From the human T2T-CHM13v2.0 reference genome, Homo sapiens, in the NCBI RefSeq assembly GCF_009914755.1, contig NC_060933.1: a stretch of DNA of 64,000 bases. The stretch is one strand, 5' to 3'. Positions 32,001 to 46,591 of this stretch are shown here, piece after piece; the first letter of the stretch is position 1, and every line of letters starts with the position of its first letter. The notes beneath the pieces were generated by a model. The model worked only from the letters and a program-made list of their open reading frames with translations, ran no database searches and had not been told where the DNA came from. The position numbers and the translations under genes are program-made.

Positions 32001-34074
32001 ATTTCCAAATCCTCACTCTTTGTTGAGCAACTGAGACAGATGGAAACTCTCAGCTGCACACCATTTAACAACATAAATGTCCACACTTTGGACATTACTC
32101 CCCATCTCTGCTTGTAGAAGTGTTTGTGTGAGAGGCATCAAGTGACTAAAGATATGTTTTTAGGCATCAACTATATTCAATTCTTGTGATAAGCCCCAAA
32201 GTAATACAGATGATGTGGAAGATATGTATTTCACGTTACTTAACTAATCATCAGGTAGGTAAAGTATGAGGTTGCTACTAAAAGATTTTAACCTCCATGG
32301 TATAGAAAACTCTTGTTTAATCTCAGAGGTCCCATGGTCTGTAATAAAATATAATTTTGATATGAAAGAAATTATATCATAGTCATTTAATGCTATGCTG
32401 GGGAAGCTGGTCAATTGCTTATCAATTTACAACCCAAGCCCCATCTCAGTTTCTCAGACTTGCCCTGTGCATTCTTGCCCCTTAACATTTGTAGATGATG
32501 TTGCTTTTGCCTGGATCTTTCTTCCTGTCCCACCCCTATTTCCTACACTTTTTGTAGTTAACTCTAACTTGTTATCCTTCAGGTCACACCACTGATTATT
32601 GTATATATCTTAGTAGACTATCAGTTCTTTCGTGGCTAGAACCAGGTCCAGTTCATTCCATCTTTAATGTTTAGCCGAGTGTAAGAGGTCAGTATTGGAG
32701 GAATACATTAATAATGTATTAATAATAAATTAATTATCTAGAAGTTTCTTTCTTCAAGAAATTCCTTCTAGAAAAATCTTCCTTCGAGAAAGTGATTAGA
32801 GAAATAGGATAGCTGTAGGTAGTGGTAATAAGGTAGTGATAAGCATGGATTGCCTAGGAAACCACAGCGAGATTGATTGAGACAGTTGTGATGGTTATGT
32901 TGGAGTTAATGAGAACAAGACTGAAAAGGTAAAATCAGCCTAATTAATAAAGAATACTGAATGCCAAGCTAAGAAGTTTGAACACGGTTTGAAAGGCAAC
33001 ACGACCACTTGTAGTTGTTATGTTAGGGAAGTGATACAATGAAAGTCGTCTTGTATTTTGGCACACTTACTCTATTTTTTTCTTACAATTGTCTTCTTGG
33101 GTACCAAACGGTCTCCATGTGTTTTTTATATCATGGGATCATTAAGGGATGTTGTACTTTTGGAATAGTCATAAACAAGAAAGCACACTGTTGATTACTG
33201 AGGAATGAACATACACAGTAAAATTAAAAATGACAAAAATATTTTTGGAACAAGAATAGGAAGAAAGTGAGAAGATTCTACTAGTATAAGATAAATAAAT
33301 ATTTTTAAAAGTTTGTTTTCTTCCTATCAGGTATAATTCTACAATTACACAGATTTTTATGGTTTCATAGTATCCTCTCAATAAATTAATCATGAATGCT
33401 TGTGACCTTTATTACTGTATTGATGTTTCCTAAACAAAGATTTAAATGTTTTAATCATCCAAATAACATTTATCTATGATTTCCCATTTATATAATTCTG
33501 TATGTTCATAATGGTTTCATTTTATAATTAAAGATCTTTTCTGTTGAAACGTAATGTACACTCCTGATAAATATTTTAAAGTACATAAAATATAAAGAAG
33601 AGTGACCAAAAAAACACCATTGCATTATCCAGAGGCCATTTTTGTTACCATTTTTAAAAAATTTTATTCAAGCATTTATCTTCTGTAATTTTTTGCATTG
33701 TTGAAATTATAATTTATAACTTGTATCTTTTTTGTAGTGCCTCCTTCTTTGCTTAACATTGTGTTATAAACCCTTTCCTGTGTTATTTTTCTAAACTTCA
33801 TTTGTATTTCCTGGAAAATATTCTATTTTATGTGCATTTCTCTAATATTGGATATTTAACTTGTTTCTTATACTTTTGTTGTGATATGCTTTTCCACATT
33901 GCAGGTTATTTCTGTGATAATTTATAAGCTGGAGGAATATACCTCATTCCTTTTACGATAAAATTTTGCAATTCTTGATTTATTTTTCTTTTGCCAACTG
34001 AATATTCTAATAGTTTTTTTTAAAAAAGAGTGCATAAATGCTGTATTTACTGAGCTCTCACATAGAGGCAAAGA

Positions 34075-34340
34075 AGCAGATTAAGCATGTGAACTTCAGA
34101 GCCAAGTAAATCTAGGCCTGAATCCCAGCCCCTTCACTTTCTAGTTGTATGACTTGAGTAAGTTACTTGAGTAACTTGCTTGGGTAAGTTATCTTCAAAT
34201 TGCAGTTTGAAGATAATCATTTCTACCATTTAAGGTTTGAGTAAGATTAGGTGGGGGTGGGGGGAAGTATTTAAAGTACCTGTCATTGTACCTGGCACTT
34301 GTGCTTTATTAAAGGCTAGAAGTTATTGTTTATGCTATTA
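34075..34340 (+). mobile_element. MIR
   Basis: gaatcccagccccttcactttctagttgtatgacttgagtaagttactt ... gtacctggcac. Confidence 0.65.
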
Positions 34341-36920
34341 TTATCACTGGGGTTCTTTCTTGTCACTATGAAAGTCAACATGGGTTAAAAATTTCTGCAT
34401 GGGATTACCAAACAAAAGCAATAAGAAAAACAACATACACATTATCAACAACCAAAACCCCCACTACCTCTGAAATGCATTGCTACCAGGACTCTTGCTA
34501 TTTCTGTGATCCACCAAGAGCTTTACTTATGGAAACTATACTTATTTCCTAGAATGCAGTACATCACCACCCACTGCTCCTTACCCTACTTCCTGAGCAG
34601 GGAACTCTAATAACTACAAAACCAGCCTAGAAAGATACTACTGCTATGGTTGAAGAGTGACAATAGGAATCACACTGCGATTACTTTATAAAAGCAGCAC
34701 ACACAAAATGTTAGGAGGTACCAATGCCAAGTTTTAGCTGTCTAAAAACTTATATTTCTGAATCAGATGATAGACACTGGAGAAGAAAAAAACAGACCTT
34801 TTTACAACTTTGGGTATAGGATAGGTATTATACTATATGGATTGTATTTTTAAACCTGTATCTACCAGGATTTTCATTATTATCAGAAAATTATCTCAAA
34901 TTCTAGTAATAGTTTGAGCAAAAGTTTGAGCTTTTATTATTGTAACTTTGTTTTTTTATCTGTATTATAACTTAGGAAAAGCTTTTGGATTTTATTTTAA
35001 CTTCAGAAAGTTCTCTAAGGATTTTATTTAAGAATTACATACTTGCTTTAATAGAGAAATATCAAATAAACCCAACAGAGCTTTTTTAACAAATTCATAT
35101 CCAAGGGAAAACATATAATTTGACATTCTCTTTGCTAATTATAGGGCAAACAGTTATATCCAATAAAATCCAGCTATTATTTAGTTTCACGTGTATTTGA
35201 ACATAAATTCATTTTGTTTGTTTTCTTTTTTATCTTCTGAGTTTATGAATTATATTTATGGAACCAACTTCAAATAGATAATGAAATTTTCCCTAAAAAT
35301 GAACGGTAATTTAGATGCTAGTTCATGGGGCAAGCATTTGATCTTAAGATATCTCTGCAGTGTTTTATGGGTATTGAATCAAAGTTTTAACATAAGCATC
35401 ATTTTTATTTCTAGTTTACAATAAAAGCATGTATAATTTAGTATAAAATTGTAAATGCTTCATAGGTAAAATTTTAAGTGTAATATTAGGATAGGGCAGC
35501 ATCTGAGCAAGAATAATAAAACTTGGTATTACAAAGCTGGGCGTCTGGACATGTCCTGATGAGCTCATCATGTGCCATCTGCTTCAATAATTCTGGCCAC
35601 CAGCAAACATATTTTGCCAGTGAGTACTGTACAATCCTACCTATAGTTGGTTGACTCCTTTTTTATGAATATTTCTACCTGGCTATGGACAACACTATGA
35701 CATGAAACATACTAGCAAACTACAAGTTGTATATTTTAATAGCACATTTTAAAACTGAAGGACAATTAGGAGTCAATTAAGTCTGCATTGCCTAGATTGT
35801 TTCCTTCTTCATTCTTTTCACCTTTTGTAGTAAGAACTGAGAAAAGTAAACCAAGCTATTCCCAGTAGCTTTCCTTAAATGTGGTGACCCATCTGTTGCC
35901 ATATGCTAGGCATCTGCTTTTATCACCCTCATTTGTGGTCCTTCAAAGCTAGAAGTGATGAATTAACATCAAATTTATGCTAATCTGTGGTAGGAGAGAA
36001 CAGCTATTTGCAAACTATTTAATCTGGCCATAGTCATTATCAGATATAAGGAATACAGGACAATAGGAATAGAAATCAGAAATATTTTTTTGAATTAGTG
36101 CATGACTTTTAGGTAACTGTAGCACCTCTATGGTTGTATTTCTGTATCAGCAAAATGTGCGAGTGACCCTTGCTTGCAAATATTTGTTGATTTTACACCC
36201 AAGTGACTACAATATCCAATATAATAGGGTAGAATCATTCATGAATGCTCATGCAGGTCAGTCTCTGTTTAACTTCAGTTGTAGAATTGCTTCTTTCTTG
36301 AAAGATTATTCTTTTTTTAATCCAGTCCTAAACTGTCATCAGAAAATGTTCATAGAATATGAAAGGCCAATTCTACACTGACCAGACCATAATAAAAATA
36401 TTTTCCTATTATTTAGTATTGCGGAAAAAAGGGAATTAGAATCAGAACATCAAGATATTTGTCCCATTTCTAGCACTAAGTGGTGATACAATTTTGGCCA
36501 AGTCATCAAGCTTGTGTCCACATATGTATCATAGAACGCAGTACTCTGACTCCAAAATTAACTATGGTTTCTTTTAGCACTAGAAATCTCTGATTCCTCT
36601 GTCTGTCTTTAGGGTATATTTTCACTGTGGCTTGGAAATCATAACTTATGCATTTATCGACACAGTTTTCAATGCACATATGTAATTTTTCAGAGTAATA
36701 CATATAATATCAGTGATATTTACATTGAAATAACTTTTTTAAAATAAAAATTAGGTAATGTGTATTGGGCAGGTTTTGTATGCTAAAACCATATATAAAT
36801 AATCATTTTGAACAAGAGAACAACCAGATCATTACTGAAAACAAATTGTCAGTTTAATTAACCTACTTAATTACATTATATTTCAACATCCTTGAATGTG
36901 GAAGACATTTTAAAAAATTA

Positions 36921-37492
<572 letters not shown>

Positions 37493-38035
37493 TATTTATG
37501 TCAATTTAAAAGTAGAGGAGATAACTAAATTTTATTAAGCACTGTCTAGTGAAGCTTTATGCTACATGCATATGTTATCTTATTCAGTTTTCCCAACTGC
37601 ATTGCCTTGTCATGTACATAATGTATACCACTTTTTGGATTAGAAAATTGGTATAGAGAAAATGTTAAGTAACATATCCAACTGACAAAAATCCAAGAGT
37701 TAATTAGTAGAAGAATAACATATCAACCCCAGTCATCTGAGATCCAAAATCCAAATCATGTCTTTTTATAGGGTGTCCAACTGACTGGGATACCATTTAC
37801 TACACTGTCTTCATTATATCAGGAAGTTCATAGGGGTTTAGCAAAACAACAAAACAAAAAAAAAACAAAAAACATATTGAATCAAAAAGAAAAAATCTCT
37901 TACTCATTTGTTGAATTTAAATTTCTGAGCAAGAATCATTCAAGAATATCTGAATATTTGAAAATCTAGTAATTTCCACAATAGAAAAGAAATAATGTCT
38001 GTATGATAGTATCTCTTAATGAGCTCAAATCATCA

Positions 38036-38202
38036 CCTTCTGCCGTGATTCTAAGTTTCCTGAGGCCTCCTCAGAAGCTGAGCAGATGCCAGCATCATGC
38101 TTCCTATATAGCCTTCAGAACCATGAGCTGAACAAAACTCTTTTAAATAAATTACCCCGTCTCAGGTATTTCTTTATAGTAATGTGAGAACAGACTAATA
38201 CA
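38036..38202 (+). mobile_element. Partial MST LTR (3' half), part of a local duplication
   Basis: aagtttcctgaggcctcctcagaagctgagcagatgcc...cagactaataca. Confidence 0.8.
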
Positions 38203-39567
38203 CTTAGTAACCGGCAGCACAGCAGTGAGTTAAAGCTCCTGTCAAGTGCTTCTGTTTAGGATAATGTGGCGAGTTTTTTATGGAATGAACTGTCACAGCA
38301 TTTCTCAGGGTTATACTTGCTCAACTGAAAGATCTATTTAATTTTGACTAGGCATAATGTTAATTATGATACCTAGGTATAAAAGCAATTGAAAATATTT
38401 AGGGCTTTTACATAAGGATAAAGATAAAAATTATTACCTTTGGTGCAAAAATAATTTCCCAGTGAGTTGTATAAGCAGAGAATGTGGCCTCTTAATTGTA
38501 GCAATTATATTGCAATTTCACATGGCACCATTCATCCAAGAGCATCCAACCTCTCCACAAGCTATAACTAATGGAGCTTAGCCGCATCTCTCCAAAGAAG
38601 CCTAGCATTAGGATATTATGTTAAATGTGGTTAAGTATATTAAAGATGGCTAAAGCTGTTAAGAAACTCGCTCATGGTGAAGTTGTGAATGAGGAATTAG
38701 AGAAGTACATCTTAGGAATCCATACCCCAGTTCCTTATTATGGAGCTCCAGGCTATGTATATATGTAGTATGTACATATATGCATGTAAGTGTGTATTTT
38801 CTAAAGGGAAACATGATTCTCAAACCATCTATTACTTTAATAAGTTTTTATTAGATCAATTTCATTAAACTGCTGTAAGACTACAATTTAAAAAGAAAAT
38901 ATTGCTTTAAAAACATTTTTAAATGGACAAATGATAAATTTAAAACAGTATGTTTAGGAATTAAACTTGGGAATGAGTTTTATTGCATCTGAAAGTCATG
39001 TGACAAACTTCTTTTATATTCATTCTTTTTAAAGGGCATAAACACAGACTTCAGGGAAATTTAAGAATGTTCCAAAAAGGGAGAATAACTCAAAACACAA
39101 GAGGAAGAACATATTTGTCATGGGAATTTTAACAACTGTAATACTGGGTTTATAGGGAGGAAATAGGAGATCAAGCCCTCTGAGTTTTTCTGGGTCATAT
39201 ATTTGAAAAGCACTTCATTTCCTCTGATTGAAAAATGGAAAGCATCCATGATTCACATATACAAATTAACTCTTTCTGAATTCCCAGTCCATTTCCTTCT
39301 GAGAGTGAATCTGTCACTCTGGATTCAGGAGAATGAAATGGTTGTTTGAGTACTAGAAGAGTTAGCCTCCATTCCAGAAGGAGATATACATAATAAAGTT
39401 GGCCTGGTGTCAGTCTAAGCTGTAGTTTTATCTAATTTCCCTACACAGCCCAAATTAATTTTTCTGTAACTTCCTTTGTTGTTATTAGTACATTTTACCC
39501 ACACTAAAGAATAGGCCTGAGATGCTAATAAAGCCTCTAAGCTATTTTGAGGGCAGCTCAAAATCAG

Positions 39568-39980
39568 TGATATGGTTTGGATCTGTGTCCCCACCCAAGT
39601 CTCATGTTCTGTATTCATCCCCAGTGGTGGAGGTTGGGCCTGGTGGGAGGGGATAGAATCATGGTGGTGATTCCTCATGGTTTCACATCACTCTCCTTGA
39701 TGCTGTCATTGGATTAGTGAGTTCTCCTGAGATCTGGTCTTTAAAAGTATGTGACACATCCCCCACTCTCTTCCTTCTGCTCTGGCCACGTGAAATGCTA
39801 GCTCTCCTTTTGCCTTCCTCCATGACAGAAAGTTTCCTGAGGCCTCTCCAGAAGCTGAGCAGATACCAGCTTCAGCTTCCTGTGCAGCCTTCGGAACCAT
39901 GATCCAATTAAACCACTTTTCTTTACAAATTACCCAGTCCCTGGAATTTCTTTATAGCAACATGAGAGCAGACTAATGCA
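39568..39980 (+). mobile_element. MaLR solo LTR (MSTA-like)
   Basis: tgatatggtttggatctgtgtccccaccca...gactaatgca; near-TSD atcag/ctcag. Confidence 0.88.
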
Positions 39981-41668
39981 CTCAGTAACCTGCAGCACAG
40001 AAGTGGGTTAAAACTCCTGTCAAGTGCCTCTGTTTAGGATAATGTGTTGAGCTTGTCTATGGAATGAACTGTCACGGCATCTCTCGGGGTTATCTTTGCT
40101 CAATATTCCAGATCCTCCATGAATGCCTCCAAATTACCTTTCCGCTTTTCCTCTACCAACACCTGCTCCCCTGGTTGTCTTGTCACTTTATTAGCACAAA
40201 ATGAACATTTTCATCTCTGAGCCTTTGCTTATTTCTCTCATTCCAGATTCAAACTGGAATGTCCTTCTTGGCATGGATCACCCATACCCATCTGACTGAC
40301 AGATGTCTTCTTTTCCTAAGAAAAATGAATCCATACTTACTCTCTGCTGCATTACCACATACTGTCTGTACCTGTTCTTCCTCTCTCATCGATTTCTTCA
40401 TTCAGCATATGTTTATTGCTTTTCCATGTGCCACTTTAGAAACTAGGATTATTGGGTAGGATAGAACCACTGCACTGGAAGTGTTCATGCTTACCACCTC
40501 TTTGTCACTTGTCTTTATATTTCATTGTCACTAATGTGTTTGTTTTTCCTATATCTTGAAAAATTTCCTATCACTTCTAACATGCTGTATCAGAGAACCA
40601 AGACATTTTCAGGCTGAAAGGAATTTTGAAGATGATCCTCAATATTCTTATCTAACAGACAGGAGAATGGGGACATGGGAAGATTAGATACTTGTTATAG
40701 TACAGGTTAAGTTACTGGTGGAACCAAGACTAAAACCAAAGTTTTAGCTTTCTTCGCTATTCCCACTAAATGATACTGCCAATGGGTAGTTAAGTCACAG
40801 GACATCATAGGTGTAAATAAATACAAAACACCTGTTATCTCTGTTTTAAATATCTTTTTAAGTTATTTCTGCTGGAAAAGGATCAGTGTACATATAAACA
40901 TGATAAATTACATCACATTCAAAGGAGAGCAAACTCTCACATGTCCAGGTAAAATTGTCTACATTAATTAGAGTAAAATTCTAGGAGAATACTAAATTAG
41001 AAAAGGAAATTGATATTTTAGGCAAGTGTGTCTTAATAAATGTAACATCATTTAAACTAGATCAAACACTTTAATTGTTCAAAACAGTAGCATGCCAAAG
41101 GACAACTTAAACACTTTAATTTCTACAGACTAGAGATAAAGCATAAAAATTTAGTCATTGATATCCTGTGGTGCCAGAGATATCATTAAGGTATTTGTGG
41201 AAAATAAAATGTAAACAGCTACATGAAATTATTAGCCCTGCATCATCACAATATTCAATACTTGGTATATGCTGAATTGCATACCATCTGAGACAGAAAC
41301 CTATTAAAAATAAAGAGCAAATCTATTATTTCCTCATAGAATTCATTGTGATTCACACTGAAAAGACAAAGTTTATTTAATCATATTTGCATTAAATTAT
41401 GTATTTAATAAATTCAGTGTATGATTTTTTTCCTGTGCAATAGGGTGGCTTTTATTCTCATTAATCAATGACAAGAAGTGGATAAATAATGACTAAAAAG
41501 GAGTTGAAGGCTTAGGGACACATATTTGATGGAAACTTTTGTCACAGCAGAATCATAGTTTTAAGCTCTTTTGTATCATCTGCATAGTCTATACCGTATT
41601 GGCCCCATCTACATTTGCATCAGTTCTAATAAGATTTTTGTATGTGGCTCTGTTATTTTGTTATCTGA

Positions 41669-41965
41669 TTTTTTTTTTTTTTTTTGAGACAAAGTCTCGC
41701 TGTGTCAGCCAGGCTGGAGTGCAGTGGCATGGTCTCGGCTCACTGCAACCTCTGCCTCCCAGGTTCGTGATTCTCTTACCTAAGGCTTCCCAGTAGGTGG
41801 GATTACAGGTATGCACCACCACTCCTGGCTAATTTTTGTGTTTTTAGTCGAAATGGAGTTTCACTATGTTGGCCAGGCTGGTCTCGAATTCCTGACCTGA
41901 GGTGATCCGCTTGCCTCGGCCTCCAAAAGTATTCGGATTACAGGTGTGAGCCACCATGCCTGGTC
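41669..41965 (-). mobile_element. AluS
   Basis: Full dimer on the minus strand with T tail. Confidence 0.9.
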
Positions 41966-42189
41966 CTCTGTTATTTGATTCTATCAAAAAAATTTTTTTT
42001 TAAATAGTAAAAATATAGAAATATAAAACAAGCATATGCTTAACGTTTATTTGGCTCAATGAAGGAAATCATCAGGATGAAAAGATGGTTAAAGGAAGAA
42101 ACAGAAGTCAAATAATTCATTAGGAAAGGTAGTCCGAGTTAAATTAACCAGGAAGTACCTTTTTTTCTTTTTTCATACTTGTCAGGTTG

Positions 42190-42275
42190 GGACTCTGGCG
42201 ACTCACTACCTAAATCCAGCCCACCTGTTTTTGTAAATACTTTTATTGGAACACAAACATGCTCATTCATTTACC
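42190..42275 (+). mobile_element. MER58-like fragment
   Basis: aaatccagcccacctgtttttgtaaata...ttattggaacaca...ctcattcattta. Confidence 0.6.
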
Positions 42276-44295
42276 GTGACCACCCATATAAGCCATAAGT
42301 TGTAACCAAATTTAAGATTAACTAATGTCTTCATTAGAAAAGAAATATAAATTAAAAAAATTAAGTTAAATGATGTTTATTTTTCGTAATGACAAAACAA
42401 GGAAAATTTTGTAAACTAAAATTACCAAACCAATATATATCTAAAGATTCATCTTGATTCTTACATACTAACAATGCTTCTGAGGCAGCATTTTTATCTG
42501 GAAATTTATTTTTCCTTAAAAGACTAGAACATTCATTATATTAGAGATCAGTTTCTTTATTTTATGAGAATTCTGGGACTATTAAATTTGTACAAGTATT
42601 TAATAGACTCTAATATTAGAAAAAGCTGTTTTTACTGAAGACACATTGTAATTTAATTTATTGGTATATCCTAGAAGAAAAGACTTCATATTCTTATTAT
42701 GATAAATAGTTATATGCATATATGAATACTAAATATGGTAAATAGTGGTGAAAGGTTTTTTTCTCAGTTAAATACACAACCACCTACAGGACTTGAAATT
42801 CAGTTCCACAACCTCAAGCAAAAGACACACAGTCTCAATGGTTATTCTCCTTTTCAGTGAAAAATGAATGTTTTCTTTATGGATTTAAGCAGACAAATAG
42901 ACACACAAAAAATATGGAACAACTAACCATATTCTCTGTCTTCTACCACTCAACAAAGAATATATTCTCATCATCCTAATATAGGTTACCAAGTGATCTT
43001 GTCATAAAACCAGATTGCTAATTATTGTCATTCCAAAGGGGGAACATTTTATAGATTATGTGACCTCTACTCACCTAGTTATTCAGTACCTACTAGTCTC
43101 TGGAATCGGCTGTTTTATACACCTGTTTTATACATGAGGGTTCTCTTGATTACATAATTAAGCCCAACCTTGTGATCCAGTAGCAGTTGTGAAAATGGAC
43201 ATAATCCTAGACAATAAGTTAAACAAATGTGGAACTTCCTGGCCAAGATCAGGAGCGACAATGAAACAAACCAGAAAAAAAGAAAAGAAAAGAAAAACAG
43301 AATCAGAAGACAAATCTGACAGTCCGAAAGGGAAAATTCTATTGCTGTTTGTGATTCACCCCAGGAGTTTCTTGGGCAACTCTGCTTAACTAGCTCTAGC
43401 AGGTGAACACACTATGCACCTTTAGGGCAACCTTCAAATCTGTCAAAATATAATTTTTTTAAAAAGTTGAAAACATGACTCTTACACAAATATAGAGGGA
43501 ACATTTGTCAAAGATTGATTTAGCTTATTTAATGAGAGAACCAGCAAGATGGTACAGCTGGTTCAAGAGAACTAGATGAGTAGGCTGTGTAGGTTGTATA
43601 GGTTGTATATTTTCTCAGGAAAATCATATGAATTCGTTTTCTAGTATACATATTAAATTATCAAACATCCAGTAGGAAAATAAAACTATAACCTTTGAGA
43701 TTATCTTTTTTTTTTTCTTTTCTGGGTAGAAGCAATTTGCATTTCTTCAAGACACAAATCTACCAGTCAATTTACAGCTTCATAATGCTGGGTCAATTCA
43801 GTAGTAAACAGTAGGTCACACAAAACTATAACCACATAGATAATTAAATAATGCTTTGATGGCTTCTTGGGCTATGCTCCATTTTATCATGGAAGAGACA
43901 TTCAAACTTTGCTTTATTTTCAAATGTTGGATAATTGTCTAAAACAATTTTATGTTTTACTTTTAGAAGTCTATAAATATTCTCAAGGAATTTTGAAAAT
44001 TTTGAAAATTTTTGGTAAAAGTGGATTATACTAATTTACTTTTTTATTTTTTCTAGTAGGCCTAGAAAAAAAATAAGGTGTTGAGATTTCCATTTCTAGA
44101 TTGTAATGTTCTTCATTTGAGGTGACAGTGTTGTCGCTATGCTCTACCAGGGTCTAGGAGAATGTCATGTACATACAGTCTCTCAATAACTGTTAATAGC
44201 CTCTTTTTGCCCCTCAGTTAGTTCTTTTGCCACTATTCAACTATATCACTCTACTCTTCTGAACAACTAAAGTCTTTTAAAAATGAGTCTAAACC

Positions 44296-44368
44296 ATCGC
44301 GCCACTGCACTCCAGCCTGGGCGACAGAGCCAGACTCCGTCTCAAAAAAAAAAAAAAAAAAAAAAAAA
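44296..44368 (+). mobile_element. Severely 5'-truncated AluY (last ~48 nt plus A25)
   Basis: atcgcgccactgcactccagcctgggcgacagagccagactccgtctc(A)25, flanked by aaaatgag(t/a)ctaaacc. Confidence 0.88.
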
Positions 44369-44375
44369 TGAGACT

Positions 44376-44630
<255 letters not shown>

Positions 44631-45649
44631 AAATGAGACTGAAAAAGAGAATTGGCCAGGGTAATCTGATGTATTACGAGTAAACTTTGGAAGAGATTAT
44701 CTGTTTCTCACAGCATGAAATATAAAGACCCTTTCCAGGCAACACAGTTTGAAGGAGAGACTAGAGACTATGTAGTTAACTAAACTTCAGTCTGATTCTG
44801 GCTCTGCCACTTAAAATCTGCAAGAATATGATGCCTTAGTCCTCTGAGTCTCATTTTCCTTCACCTGCATAGTGAAATTAATCTGTAACTTTATATTTAA
44901 GGTGGGTTTCTAGTAGACAAGTTATAATTGGGTCTTGTTTGTTTATCCACTTTGACAGTCTTTGTCTTTTAATTGATGTATTTAGACTATTCACATTTAA
45001 AGTGATTGATATAGTTGGATTAATAGCGATCATATTTGTACATATTTTCTATTTCTTTCCTTTGTTTGCTCATTCATTCTTACTTTTTTCTTTCTCTCTT
45101 TTCTTTGCTTTTTTGTCTTCCACTTCTCTGGTTTTAATTAGGCAATTTATATGATTCTACTTTTTCTTCTCTTGGCATATTAATTATACTTCTTTTTTAA
45201 GTACGATTTTTAGTGGTTGCCCTAGAGTTTTTAGAATATGTTTACAACCAATCTAAGTGCACTTTTAAGTAATATTATACCACATCATGGTAGTACAAGT
45301 ACTATATAAAACAGTATTCCCAATTCTTCTCTCTTGTCTCTTATAAAATGACTATCATTCATTTCATTCACAAATAAGCTATAATCACTGAATGCATTGT
45401 CATTGTTATTTTGAACAAACTGTTCTGTTAGATCAATAAATAATAAGAAAAATTTAATATTTTACCTTCTTTTTTTCTTTCCTAATGCTCTTCCATTTTT
45501 TTTAATACAGATCTGAGTTTCTGCCGATATATTTTTCTTCTCTCTGAAGAACTTTTTAAAATATTACTTGCAAGGCAAGTCTACTGGTGACAAATTTTCT
45601 CCATTTTTGTTGGTCTCAGAAAGTCTTTAGTATTTACTACTTCACTTTA

Positions 45650-45793
45650 AAAAATTGTGGCAAAATATATATAACATAAAATATACTATTTTAACCACTT
45701 TTAAGTGTATAGTTCAGTGGCATTAAGTACATTCACATTGTTGTACCACTATCACCACCATCCACCCCCAGAACTTTTTTATTTTTCCCAAAC
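45650..45793 (-). mobile_element. L1MB-like 3' terminal fragment nested in the older L1
   Basis: taagtgtatagttcagtggcattaagtacattcacattgttgt; cttcacttt on both flanks. Confidence 0.75.
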
Positions 45794-46183
45794 TTCTTCA
45801 CTTTTGAAGGATAATTCTGTTGGATACAGAATTTTAGGTTAGTAGTCTTTTTTTTTAAGACGGGATAAATATTTTACTCCACACTCTTCTTGCTTATATG
45901 GTTTCTGAGTATAAGTTTGGTGTAAATCTTATACTTGTGCAACTGTAGGTAAGGTGTTCTTTTTCCTCTAGCTTTTAAAAAAGATTTTCTATAATTCGAA
46001 TATAATATGCCTAGATATAGGTTTTTTGGTATTTATCCTCCTAGATGTTCTCTGAGTTTTGCAGATCTGTAGCTTTGTGTCTGTCATTCATTTTGGGACA
46101 TTCTCAGTAATTGTTGCTTTAAATGTTGCTTCTGTTCCTTTTTCTCTCCTCCTTCCAGTATTCCCATTATACATGTGTTATTC

Positions 46184-46591
46184 TGTGTCAGTCCATTTGC
46201 ATTGCTATAAAGGAATACCTGAGACTGGTTAATGTATAAAGAAAACAGATTCATTTTGGCCCATGGTTCTGCAGGCTGTACAGGAAGCAAGGTGCCACCA
46301 TCTACTTCTGGTTAGGTCCTCAGGAAGCTTACAATCATGGCAGAAGGAAAGGGCAGCTAGCATATCACATGCTGAGAGAGGGAAAGTGACGAGATACCAC
46401 ATTCTTTTAAACAACCAGGACTCACATGAACGTAGAATGATAACTCATTCATTATCATGAGGAGGGCACTAAGCCATCCCTGATGCATCTGCCCCCATGA
46501 CCGAAACACCTCCTACCAGGCCCCACCTCTAGCATTGGGGATCACATTTCAACATGAAATTTGGAGGGGGCAGAACATCTAAACTGTATCA
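46184..46591 (-). mobile_element. MaLR solo LTR (MSTA/B-like) nested in L1
   Basis: tgtgtcagtccatttgcattgctataaaggaatacctgagactgg...ctaaactgtatca. Confidence 0.85.
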
